Positions 11,559 through 24,462 of a stretch of DNA of 64,000 nt are shown in pieces; the first letter of the stretch is position 1; every line of letters begins with the position of its first letter. The stretch spans positions 320,001 through 384,000 of the forward strand of contig CAVUQH010000003.1 of the NCBI GenBank assembly GCA_963743525.1, given 5' to 3'. The position numbers were made by a program, and so were the translations under genes. This DNA comes from an uncultured delta proteobacterium. Its GTDB lineage: Bacteria > Myxococcota_A > Polyangia > Haliangiales > Haliangiaceae. The notes under the pieces are model-generated. The model was given only the letters and a program-made list of their open reading frames with translations. It had not been told where the DNA came from and searched no databases.

Positions 11559-13814
11559 ATGGCTCAATCTGGCGCGGGGGCCGCGGGTCGCCGGCTCGGC
11601 CGCTACCATCTGGCCGAGCCTCTCGGCGGAGGTCCGACGGGAGAGGTCTTCCGAGCGAAGGTCTACGGCGTCGCCGGGTTCGAACGCCAGTTCGCGGTCA
11701 AGCGATTCCACCCGGGGCTGGTCGCTGATCCCGACGTCGCCGCGCAGCTCGCTGCGGCGACGCGCATGTACGGCAGCCTCGAGCATCCGCGCATCGCCCG
11801 GCTGCACGAGTACGGCGTCACCGGCGGAGACACCTTCACCGCCACCGAGCTGGTCGAAGGCATCGACGTCAGTCGACTGCTCGCCGCCACCTTCGGCGAG
11901 GGCGCGCCGCTGGTTCCCGGTGCCGTCGCCGGGCTCGTGTCGCAGGTCGCGCGCGCAGTCGGCTACGCCCACGGTCGCGGCATCTGGCACCTGGGTCTGT
12001 GCCCGACCAACCTGGTCTGCACGCCCGAAGGCGAGGCCAAGGTCACCGACTTCGGCGTGCTGCCGCCGCGCTTGCCGGCGCGCCCGGCCAGCGATCCGAC
12101 GCTGGCGGCGCGCATTCCGTTCCTCGCGCCGGAGCAGCTGGTCGGCGAAGCGACCGGCTCGGCAACCGACGTCTTCCAGCTGGGCGTCATCGCCTACGAG
12201 CTGTTCACCGGTCAGCGTTGCTTCACCGGACCCAGTGGCTTCGAGATCGGGCAAAAGATCTTGTCGTCGCAACCGTCGGCGCCGCCGCTGCCCAAGCCGC
12301 TGGTCAAGGTGATCATGCGCTGCCTGGCGCGGTCGCCGTTCGAGCGCTTCCCCGACGCCGGTGCCATGGCCGACGCTCTCGACGCGGCGGTGCGGTCGAC
12401 GCCGCTGGCCGGCGCCAAGCGCGACATCGCGGTGGCCGTGCGCAAGGCGATGGAGCGGGCCGCGGCGCTGCACCAGAGCGGCACCTCCGGCGCGCTCAGC
12501 TTTCCCCTGCCGTCACCGCCGATGGCGCGAGCGGCGGCCGACGCGGCGGCCGGTCCCGGTGCGCCGCCGGTCCGCCGCGGCGCGCCGCCGCCGGTTCGCG
12601 AGCGGCCCAGCGGCGACATTCCGACCATTCCGCGCAAGACGGTGATGGGCGTGGCCGCGCCGTTCCAGATCCCCGACATCAAGCCGATGGCGTCGTCGCC
12701 GGCGCGGCCGTCTGCCGGCGGTCACGACGAGGAGGCGCCGACGACGATCCGCGACCGCTCCGGCAGCAGCGTGCTCGAGCCGGTCGGCACCGCCAGGCAG
12801 GCGATCGAAGGATCGCAGCCCGAGATCGAGCTGTCGATGTCGGACCTCGAGCTGCCGCCGACCACCCCGGCGACGCCGTCCCCGGTGCTGCCGCAGACTC
12901 CGGCGCCGATCGCCGAGCCGCAGTCCAGCCGGTTGCTGCAGACCATCAGCGACGTCGAGCCGCCCGCCGAGGCGCTGCCCGAGGCGATGCCGATGCCGCT
13001 GCCGGCACCGATCGAGGAGCCGCCACCGCCGCCGCCGCGGCCGTCGCGGAGCGGACGGCGGATCCTGATCGGCGTGCTGTCACTGGTCCTCGTCGGCGGT
13101 GCCGCCGGTGGAGGCTGGTACCTCTACCAGCGATCGTCGTTGACCGAGGCCAGGTCGGACACCGGCACCGGTGGTGCCGTCGCCGATCGCGCGGCGGCGG
13201 GCAACGGCGCGTCGTCGGCCAAGCCGGCCGTGGCCGACCATCCGGCGGCAACCGATGCGGCGGCGGTCGCCGATCACCCGGTAGTGCCGCCGGCGCCGGC
13301 AGCCATCGACGCCGGCGTGGTGGCCACGGCGCCTCCGGCCGACGCCGCCGCCCCGGCGGTGGCCGACGACGAGCGCACCGAGGCCACCGAGCCGGGCAAG
13401 ATGCGCATCGAGAGCACTCCGCCCGGCGCGGAGATCTACATCGACGGCACCGACAAGGGCAAGACACCGCAGACCGTCAACGGCATCAGCGACACCGTGT
13501 CACTGGCGCTGATCCTGCCCGGCTACGGCCTGTACACCACCGACACCGCGGGCGCCGGCACGCACCGCGTGACCCTGAAGCCGGTGACGCCGCCGGAGGG
13601 CCCGGCCGGCATCAAGGTGCGCTGCCACAAGAAGAACCGCTACTACGTCATCGTCGACGGCCACGACGTCGGCCAGCTGTGTCCGACCGAGCGGATCGGC
13701 GTCGACCTCGGGCCCCACGACGTCGAGGTCTACGACCCCGAGACCGAGCAGAAGCGCGCCTTCCACATCGACGTCAAGCAGACGCGCAACAGCCACCGCG
13801 TCTACGTCGACTGA
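11559..13814 (+). CDS. Ser/Thr kinase-like pseudokinase with TM helix and PEGA domain
   Basis: AVK, DFG, APE present; catalytic loop reads HLGLCPTN; IESTPPGAEIYIDG. Confidence 0.85.
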   Translation: MAQSGAGAAGRRLGRYHLAEPLGGGPTGEVFRAKVYGVAGFERQFAVKRFHPGLVADPDVAAQLAAATRMYGSLEHPRIARLHEYGVTGGDTFTATELVEGIDVSRLLAATFGEGAPLVPGAVAGLVSQVARAVGYAHGRGIWHLGLCPTNLVCTPEGEAKVTDFGVLPPRLPARPASDPTLAARIPFLAPEQLVGEATGSATDVFQLGVIAYELFTGQRCFTGPSGFEIGQKILSSQPSAPPLPKPLVKVIMRCLARSPFERFPDAGAMADALDAAVRSTPLAGAKRDIAVAVRKAMERAAALHQSGTSGALSFPLPSPPMARAAADAAAGPGAPPVRRGAPPPVRERPSGDIPTIPRKTVMGVAAPFQIPDIKPMASSPARPSAGGHDEEAPTTIRDRSGSSVLEPVGTARQAIEGSQPEIELSMSDLELPPTTPATPSPVLPQTPAPIAEPQSSRLLQTISDVEPPAEALPEAMPMPLPAPIEEPPPPPPRPSRSGRRILIGVLSLVLVGGAAGGGWYLYQRSSLTEARSDTGTGGAVADRAAAGNGASSAKPAVADHPAATDAAAVADHPVVPPAPAAIDAGVVATAPPADAAAPAVADDERTEATEPGKMRIESTPPGAEIYIDGTDKGKTPQTVNGISDTVSLALILPGYGLYTTDTAGAGTHRVTLKPVTPPEGPAGIKVRCHKKNRYYVIVDGHDVGQLCPTERIGVDLGPHDVEVYDPETEQKRAFHIDVKQTRNSHRVYVD

Positions 13815-13819
13815 CCGAG

Positions 13820-15181
<1,362 letters not shown>

Positions 15182-15278
15182 AAGTGCCGATGCCGGTGGC
15201 AGCGCCCGAAATACTATCGGCTCGGGCCCTGTGCTGTCTAGGCGCCCGCGTGCCACATCCGCGGGAACCTTGCACTTT

Positions 15279-16859
15279 TCACGGTGAAGAGACGTTCGCG
15301 GGGGCACGCTCGGGGGCGTCGGTGTCGAGCTTTGGCCCGGTGAGACCGATCGCCGCGGCTACGCCGATACCGGCCAAAAGGATGGCCGCGACGATGATCC
15401 AGCCCCAGCGGCGGCGCGGGGAGACGGTGTCGTGGTCCATGTCGACCCCGGAAACCTCGACGCCGCTGACGTCGTAGTCGTCGTCGGCGTAGGGGTCGTC
15501 GGGGGTGGCGGCGGGCGCGACCTCGGGCGCCGGCGAGTAGGCGTCGACATCGCCGGGCACGGCCACCGGCGGATCGGCGACCTCGTCGTCCAGGTCGTGC
15601 TCACCGAAGGCGCCGAGATCGACCAGCGGCTTTGCGCCGGCGTGGTCACCCTCGCCGGCGATGTTGATCATCGAGGTCAGCTCGAGCCCCTGCAGGCGGC
15701 TGAGGTGGGTCAGCGAGGTCTGCGCGCGGCGGCGGCGCGCGGCCCCGGCATCGAGGATCTCGTTCATCTCGTCCGGGCCGACGACCACGCTGATCAGCTC
15801 GTCCTCGTAGTCGTCCAGCCCGGACAGCGCCGATACGTCGATCTGCTCGGTGCCCTCGTGGACGTCGTCGTACAGCTCGGTGCCACCGCTGTCGCCGGTC
15901 TCGGTGCCTTCCAGCTCGCGCCAGGCGTTGGGCCGGCCGCAGACCTCGCGCAGATGCTCGCCCAGCTCCGGCGCCGACATCATCAGACCGTGGCGGTGGG
16001 CGACGCGGAGCAGCGCCTCCTGCAGCTCGCCCGCGGTCTGGTAGCGGTGGTCGGGCTCGACCGCCAGCGCGCGCAGCATCACCTTGTCGAGCTCCGGCGG
16101 CAGGCCGGGGATCTTCTTGGACAGCAGCTCGATCGGCTGGCCGTAGATCTCGTCGGGCGAGGTGGTGAGGCCGGCGTGGACGAACAGCCGCTCGCCGGTG
16201 ATGACCTCGTAGATACAGACCGCCAGCGAGTACAGGTCGGAGCGGTGGTCGAGCGGCAGGTTGCGCGCCTGCTCCGGCGACATGTAGCCGATCTTGCCCT
16301 TGACCCGGTAGAAGACCGAGTTGTGCGTCGACGCCTTGGCGATGCCGAAGTCGGTCAGCTTCACCTCGCCGTTCTTCGACACCAGGATGTTCGACGGCGA
16401 CACGTCGCGGTGGATGAGGCGCAGCGGCTTGCCGTGGGGGCCGATCTTGCTGTGCGCATAGGCCAGCGCCGACAGCACCTCGCGGGCGATCAAGATGCCG
16501 GCTGCCGGTGAGAACTGGTGCTTGCGCCGCTTGGACTTCTTGAGCAGCGTCCGCAGGTCGGCGCCGTCGAGATACTCCATGACGATGAAGTGCTCGTCGC
16601 CGGCGGTGACCAGGTCGATGGTGTGGATGATGTTGGCGTGATCGAGCGAGGCCGACAGCCGGGCCTCGCGCAGGAACAGGTCGATGAACTCCGGCTGCTG
16701 GGTAAACTCCGGCAACAGCTGCTTGAGCACGACTTCCTTCTCGAAGCCGCCTGCCCCCAGCTTCTTGCCGAGGTAGATCGCGCCCATACCGCCCTCGGCC
16801 AGGTACTTGAGGACGACGTAGCGGTCGATGGGGGCGCCCTGCGGGGAGCTGTCGACCAT
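15279..16859 (-). CDS. Ser/Thr protein kinase with C-terminal TM helix
   Basis: GGMG, HRDVSPSN, DFG, YMSPE. Confidence 0.93.
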   Translation of the reverse strand: MVDSSPQGAPIDRYVVLKYLAEGGMGAIYLGKKLGAGGFEKEVVLKQLLPEFTQQPEFIDLFLREARLSASLDHANIIHTIDLVTAGDEHFIVMEYLDGADLRTLLKKSKRRKHQFSPAAGILIAREVLSALAYAHSKIGPHGKPLRLIHRDVSPSNILVSKNGEVKLTDFGIAKASTHNSVFYRVKGKIGYMSPEQARNLPLDHRSDLYSLAVCIYEVITGERLFVHAGLTTSPDEIYGQPIELLSKKIPGLPPELDKVMLRALAVEPDHRYQTAGELQEALLRVAHRHGLMMSAPELGEHLREVCGRPNAWRELEGTETGDSGGTELYDDVHEGTEQIDVSALSGLDDYEDELISVVVGPDEMNEILDAGAARRRRAQTSLTHLSRLQGLELTSMINIAGEGDHAGAKPLVDLGAFGEHDLDDEVADPPVAVPGDVDAYSPAPEVAPAATPDDPYADDDYDVSGVEVSGVDMDHDTVSPRRRWGWIIVAAILLAGIGVAAAIGLTGPKLDTDAPERAPANVSSP

Positions 16860-16971
16860 CGCCCGCAGTGTACCATCAGCACACTGTTGCGCCGGCGCCA
16901 CAGGCGGTTGGCGTGGTTTCGGCGGCTTCGCGGGCGGGCGGCGCGGTACGCCGCTTGCTGCGACGGGGGGT

Positions 16972-18009
16972 ATGCGGGCTTCGACGTGGGGCGGTCGCCT
17001 CGGGGTGCTGGCGCTGATCGCGGCGCTGAACCTGAGTCTCGGCGCCTGCTCCCGCTCCTGGCCCCGGGTCAACGGCGTCGCCGCTGCCGACTTTGCCAGT
17101 CATCGCCGGGCGGTACGCACGGTTGACGTGCTGCCGGTGGACGTTCAGGTCTGGACCGGTGCCGGCACCCGCAGCGATCCCGACGCGGTCAGGCGGCAGT
17201 TCGAGTCGTACGTTGACGCCACCGTCGAAGGAGAGCTGGCCGACCGCGGCTACCAGGTGCAGGCGGCAATGGACTGGACCGGCAGCTACACCGGCGCCGA
17301 CGGGTTGCGCTACCAGTCGATGACGCCGACCGAGGTGGTCGAGACCGACCGTGCGCTGTCGAGCTACGGCCGCGCGGTGGTCGAGGCCAACCAGGGTCTG
17401 TTGCAGCCGTACCTGCCGTACCGCCTGGGCGCCCAGACCGGCAGCGACGCCACGCTGTACGTCGGCGGCTGGGCCTACGTCGGCAAGAAGCCCAGGTCCG
17501 ATGGCGACAAGGTCGCCAAGGGAGTGCTGATCGGCCTGGTCGTGGTCGCGGTGGTGGCGATCGTCATCATCGCGGTGGCCAGCAAGGGCAAGGGCGGCGG
17601 CCTGGGCGGGCTGGGCAGGGCGGCGGCGGCAACCGGCCGGGTCGCCGGCAAGGTGGCCAGCGGCATGGCCCACACGGCGGCGCGGTTGGGCGCCCACGTG
17701 GTCCGCGGCGCCCTGCGCGCGGCCGACACCCTGTCGCGCGCCGACCTCGACTTCGACGTCAACTGCTACGGACACACCCAGACCCACATCCAGGTTGCAC
17801 CGATGCGACCCGCCTACCACGAGCAGCGCGACACCCCGCGGCGGGGCGAGTCGCAGATGTATCTGGAGATGACGCTCATCGACAACGCGACCGGCGTCAC
17901 GCTGTGGCACGCACGCCAGCGCTTCCGCGCCCACGCCGCCGATCCCGGCGACGCGCGCAAGGCGGTGCAGCGAATGCTGGCCAGCCTGCCGCCGAACGTG
18001 CGCCCATAG
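16972..18009 (+). CDS. Hypothetical lipoprotein with internal TM segment
   Basis: LGAC lipobox; GC3-biased ORF. Confidence 0.7.
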   Translation: MRASTWGGRLGVLALIAALNLSLGACSRSWPRVNGVAAADFASHRRAVRTVDVLPVDVQVWTGAGTRSDPDAVRRQFESYVDATVEGELADRGYQVQAAMDWTGSYTGADGLRYQSMTPTEVVETDRALSSYGRAVVEANQGLLQPYLPYRLGAQTGSDATLYVGGWAYVGKKPRSDGDKVAKGVLIGLVVVAVVAIVIIAVASKGKGGGLGGLGRAAAATGRVAGKVASGMAHTAARLGAHVVRGALRAADTLSRADLDFDVNCYGHTQTHIQVAPMRPAYHEQRDTPRRGESQMYLEMTLIDNATGVTLWHARQRFRAHAADPGDARKAVQRMLASLPPNVRP

Positions 18010-18095
18010 CGCGAATTCCGCGGCGATAGATCCCGTCGCGCCAGTCCTGCGTTGGTATCCAGTACGGGAAGCAGGACCGGACGAAGGAGATCCTC

Positions 18096-18389
18096 ATGAA
18101 GAAAATGATCATCGCCATCGCCATCGCGCTTCCGCTCGCGTTCGCCGGCATCGCCTCGGCCAGCCCCGGCCAATCGCTTTCGCCCGGGGACAGCGACTGC
18201 GCCCGGGCCAAGCGCCTGGGCAAGGTTTGCCAGATCAGCTTCGGCACCGGTGACGACGTCGAGGGCTCGGTCGCCGGGCCCGACGGCGAGGACGTGCTCG
18301 CCTTTACCGACGCCCTGTTCGGCGGCCTCATTCGCCTGCGCACCGACTTCCGCACCGAGATCATCGCCTCGCTGGAGGATCTCGACTGA
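18096..18389 (+). CDS. Small secreted CglF/GltF-like gliding-motility family protein
   Basis: AAGGAG RBS, signal peptide, DDVEG...PDG...LIRLRTDF..EI..S.EDL. Confidence 0.65.
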   Translation: MKKMIIAIAIALPLAFAGIASASPGQSLSPGDSDCARAKRLGKVCQISFGTGDDVEGSVAGPDGEDVLAFTDALFGGLIRLRTDFRTEIIASLEDLD

Positions 18390-18446
18390 CGTCCGGGGAC
18401 GCCCCGGGGTAGCCGCTCGCGGCCGCCCCGGGTAGGATAGGCGCCG

Positions 18447-18743
18447 ATGAGATTCGCTCTCGTCGGCGCCATCCTTCTTCTTGCCACCGCGTGCACCGAG
18501 CCGCGCAGCGAGCGGTGCAAGACCGTGTGCGAGCGCGAGGCCGAGTGCGCCGAGCAGTCGCCGACCAAGGCAGACTTCCGCTTCGACGAGCAGGAGTGCG
18601 TCTCCGCCTGCGCCGCGCTCGAGCGCGACACCCAGGGCAAGCAGTACGTCCGCCGCCACGCCGAGTGCGTGCAGAAGGCGGGCCCCAGCTGCGAGCAGGT
18701 CTACGCCTGCAACGTCCCGTACGACGACAACAGCGGCGGCTGA
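18447..18743 (+). CDS. Small Cys-rich lipoprotein
   Basis: ATAC lipobox; CxxxC pairs. Confidence 0.75.
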   Translation: MRFALVGAILLLATACTEPRSERCKTVCEREAECAEQSPTKADFRFDEQECVSACAALERDTQGKQYVRRHAECVQKAGPSCEQVYACNVPYDDNSGG

Positions 18744-18750
18744 GCCGCGC

Positions 18751-19172
18751 CTAGCCGGGGGTGAGGTGGTCGCCGGCGGAGACCGGGTCGGCGACGCCGG
18801 CGCCGACCTCGAGCACCCAGCGCACCGCTGACTGGCAGCGGGCGGTGGGGTCGCCGGCGGGGATGGCGCGCTCGACGGCGATGACGGTGCCGTCGCCTGC
18901 GGCGTAGACGGCGTCGATGTCGAAGTCGACGCCGTCGTTGACGATGCAGATGTCGAGGGCCTGGGGCATCTCGATCAGCAGCCCGTCGCCGTCGCCGAGC
19001 GGCGCGTGACCGCGCAGGCCGGTGCGGCGCTCCTCGGCGGTGCGCGCGACCTCGGCGTTGACGGCGAGGAGGGTCTCGCCGCTGCCGGCGCGCTCGACGG
19101 TGACGCGGACGGTGCCCGCGTCCGGGCAGCCGGCCAGCAGGCCGCAGGCGGCGAGCAGCGCGGCAGCGCGGA

Positions 19173-19176
<4 letters not shown>
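18751..19176 (-). CDS. DUF192-like lipoprotein
   Basis: EVARTAEERRTGL, WVLEVGAG; GTG overlaps upstream stop. Confidence 0.8.
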
Positions 19177-21530
<2,354 letters not shown>

Positions 21531-21539
21531 ATCATCCTC

Positions 21540-22520
21540 CTACTTCGCCTCGCGCTGATACGCGATGCCCACGTACGGCCCCGCCGCAGCGAGGAGATTG
21601 CCGCCCACCGCCACCAGGTGGCGACCGTCGGCGCTGAAGATCGAGTGAAAGTCGAGATCGGTGTCCGCGTAGGTCCGATCGTATTCGAGGGTCTGGGTGT
21701 CGAGCTCGATCAGCGTGCCGACGGCGCCGACGGCAAAGGCGCGCCCGGGCGTGTCGGTCCACACGCCGTTGAGCCCGGCCAGCTCGCCGATCGAGTCGGT
21801 GTGCCAGCTGCTGCCGTCCCAGCGGCTGACGACGGCGCGCGCGCGGCCGCCGACCGCGACGATGTCGTCCGGACCGGTGCCCCACAGCGAGATCAGATCA
21901 TCGCTGGCGCCGACCAGCTCTTCGTTCCAGGCCTGACCGTCGTAGTGCAGCACGGCGCCGCGCTGGCCGACGGTGTAGACGTTGTCGGCGCTGGTGCCCC
22001 AGACCTTGAACAGGGCGTAGACGTTGGGCCGCACCAGGTCGGGCAGCGTCACCGGCTGCCAGCTCTGGCCGTCGTAGTGGAGCAGGGTCGCCTGCCCGGC
22101 CGCGCGGCCCTTGCCGCCGACCGCCCACAGCGAGTCCGGCGACGCGCCCCAGACGCCCCACAGGTCCTGGTCGGTGGTGGTCGCCTGCTGGGTCCAGCTC
22201 TGGCCGTCCCAGTGGATGACGGTGCCGCCGAAGCCGACCGCGGTGATGTCGTCGGGGCCGAAGCCGTAGCACCAGTCGAGCAGCGGCACGTCGACACCGA
22301 GGTCGACCTCGGTCCACTGGCTGCCGTCGTAGTGCATCATCACGCCCTTGTCCGGCGTGCCGCCGACCGCGTACAGGTTGTCCGGCGCCGGGCCCCAGGT
22401 GTTGAGGAACCAGCCGATCTCGCTGGCGTCGAACGCCGGCTCCCATCCCGACTGGGACGGACCGCTGCAGGCGCTCAGCGCGAGCGCGGCGGCGGCGGTG
22501 ATGGCGGGCGAAAGACGCAT
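21540..22520 (-). CDS. Beta-propeller repeat lipoprotein
   Basis: LSAC lipobox; ~7 WGxxPDxxxAVG...HYDGxxW repeats. Confidence 0.8.
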   Translation of the reverse strand: MRLSPAITAAAALALSACSGPSQSGWEPAFDASEIGWFLNTWGPAPDNLYAVGGTPDKGVMMHYDGSQWTEVDLGVDVPLLDWCYGFGPDDITAVGFGGTVIHWDGQSWTQQATTTDQDLWGVWGASPDSLWAVGGKGRAAGQATLLHYDGQSWQPVTLPDLVRPNVYALFKVWGTSADNVYTVGQRGAVLHYDGQAWNEELVGASDDLISLWGTGPDDIVAVGGRARAVVSRWDGSSWHTDSIGELAGLNGVWTDTPGRAFAVGAVGTLIELDTQTLEYDRTYADTDLDFHSIFSADGRHLVAVGGNLLAAAGPYVGIAYQREAK

Positions 22521-22636
22521 ACGCGGGTCGGCAAAAGCAGGAATCGGGCCACTACCCAGCGGCCCCGGGGACGCCCTGCAGCGGGCCTCTGAGCCCCGAG
22601 GCCACAGATTCCTGAGCCTCCGGCCAGTATACCGCG

Positions 22637-23545
22637 TCAGTCCTTGCGCATTTGGGGATCGAGCGCGTCGCGCAGACCGTCGCCCAGGAAGTTGAGGGCG
22701 AAGATGGTGACACCCATCACCAGGCCGGGCCCGATGAGGGTCCAGGGCGCCACCAGAAGTTGGCTGATCCCCTCGGTGACCAGGGTGCCCCACGAGGCCT
22801 TGGGCGCCTGCACGCCGAGGCCGATGAACGACAGGAACGCCTCGGTCAGCATGACGCTGGGAATCGACAGGGTGGTGTAGACGATCACCGGGCCCAGCGT
22901 GTTGGGCACGATGTGGCGGAAGACGATCCGCTTGGGTGACGCGCCCAGCGCCCGGGCCGCCTCGACGAACTCGCGGTTGCGCAGGCTGAGCACCTGGCCG
23001 CGGACGATGCGCGCCATGTTGAGCCACGAGATGGCGCCGATCAGCGCGAACAGCCAGAAGATGCTCTTGAGCTGGAAGGTCGCGGTGATGACGATGACGA
23101 AGACGACGGTGGGGAAGCCGTACAGGACGTCGACGATGCGCATCATCACGTTGTCGGTTCGGCCGCCGGCGTAGGCGGCGATGGCGCCGTAGCTGACGCC
23201 GATGACGATGGCGATGAAGGTGGCGATGAGCCCGACCATGATGGCGATGCGGCCGCCGTCCATGGTCCGGATCAGCATGTCGCGGCCGAGGACGTCGGTG
23301 CCCATCAGGTGGTGCACGCTGGGCGCCTGCGACAGCGCGTGGCGGTTCTGCGTCACCGCGTCCAGGCCGGTGATCCAGTGCATCACGATCGGCCCGAGGA
23401 ACGAGAAGACGCAGATGAAGGCGAACAGCCAGCCGCAGATCACGGCCATGCGGTTCTTCTTGAGCCGCCGCCAGGCGTCGGCCCACAGCGAGTTGGCCTT
23501 TGACTTGACGGCTTCGGCGGTCGCTGCGGTGGTGAGAGAGGCCAT
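22637..23545 (-). CDS. oppC: Oligopeptide ABC permease
   Basis: DAWRRLKKN, GTDVLGRD, EFVEAARALGA. Confidence 0.9.
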   Translation of the reverse strand: MASLTTAATAEAVKSKANSLWADAWRRLKKNRMAVICGWLFAFICVFSFLGPIVMHWITGLDAVTQNRHALSQAPSVHHLMGTDVLGRDMLIRTMDGGRIAIMVGLIATFIAIVIGVSYGAIAAYAGGRTDNVMMRIVDVLYGFPTVVFVIVITATFQLKSIFWLFALIGAISWLNMARIVRGQVLSLRNREFVEAARALGASPKRIVFRHIVPNTLGPVIVYTTLSIPSVMLTEAFLSFIGLGVQAPKASWGTLVTEGISQLLVAPWTLIGPGLVMGVTIFALNFLGDGLRDALDPQMRKD

Positions 23546-24462
23546 CAGCGTTTGTCCCGGATACGCGGGTCGAGGTAGCCGTAGGCGATGTCGACCGCGA
23601 GGTTCATGAGCACGAGGAAGATCGAGTAGAAGACCAGCACTCCGGTCAGCACCGGGTAGTCGCGGTCGGTGATCGACGCGACGAAGTAGAAGCCGAGGCC
23701 GGGGATCTGGAAGATCTGCTCGACCACGAACGACCCGGTGATCAGCGCCGCCAGCGCCGGGCCCATGTACGTGACCACCGGCATCAGGCCCAGGCGCAGG
23801 CCGTGCTTCCACACCACCACGCGCTCGGACAGACCCTTGGCCCGGGCGGTGCGGATGTAGTCCTGGCGCATGGTCTCGAGCATGCCGGTGCGCGACAGCC
23901 GGGCGACCACGCCCATGTAGATCAGGCCCAGCGTCGCCGACGGTAAGATCATGGTCGAGAAGCCCTCGAACCGGGCCGGGGGCAGCCAGCCCAGCCAGAT
24001 CGAAAAGATCAGGATGAGGATCGGTCCCAGCACGAACGACGGCACCGAGATGCCGAACAGGGCGAACGACATCGCCGCGTGGTCGGTCCAGGTGTTCTGC
24101 TTGGCCGCGGCGATGACGCCGAAGATGACGCCGAAGAGGATCGCGAAGCCGAGCGCCAGCAGGCCCAGCTTGACGCTGAACGGGAACGCCTCGCCGATGA
24201 TGGTTCGCACCGAGTCGGTGCGCTTCATCGAGTAGCCCAGGTCACCCTGGACCAGCCCCTTCATGTAGATCGCGTACTGCTCGAGGATCGGCTTGTCGAG
24301 GTGGTAGCGCTTCTCGATGTTGGCCTTGACCTCGGGTTGCAGCGATCGCTCGGCGTCGAACGGTCCGCCCGGGGCCGCGTGCAGCATGAAGAAGGCGAAG
24401 GTCGCCACCGACAGGATGACGCCGACGCCGGCGGCCAGGCGAGTGAGGATCAGCCGCAGCAT
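23545..24462 (-). CDS. oppB: Oligopeptide ABC permease
   Basis: [22 protein letters not shown]. Confidence 0.92.
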   Translation of the reverse strand: MLRLILTRLAAGVGVILSVATFAFFMLHAAPGGPFDAERSLQPEVKANIEKRYHLDKPILEQYAIYMKGLVQGDLGYSMKRTDSVRTIIGEAFPFSVKLGLLALGFAILFGVIFGVIAAAKQNTWTDHAAMSFALFGISVPSFVLGPILILIFSIWLGWLPPARFEGFSTMILPSATLGLIYMGVVARLSRTGMLETMRQDYIRTARAKGLSERVVVWKHGLRLGLMPVVTYMGPALAALITGSFVVEQIFQIPGLGFYFVASITDRDYPVLTGVLVFYSIFLVLMNLAVDIAYGYLDPRIRDKR

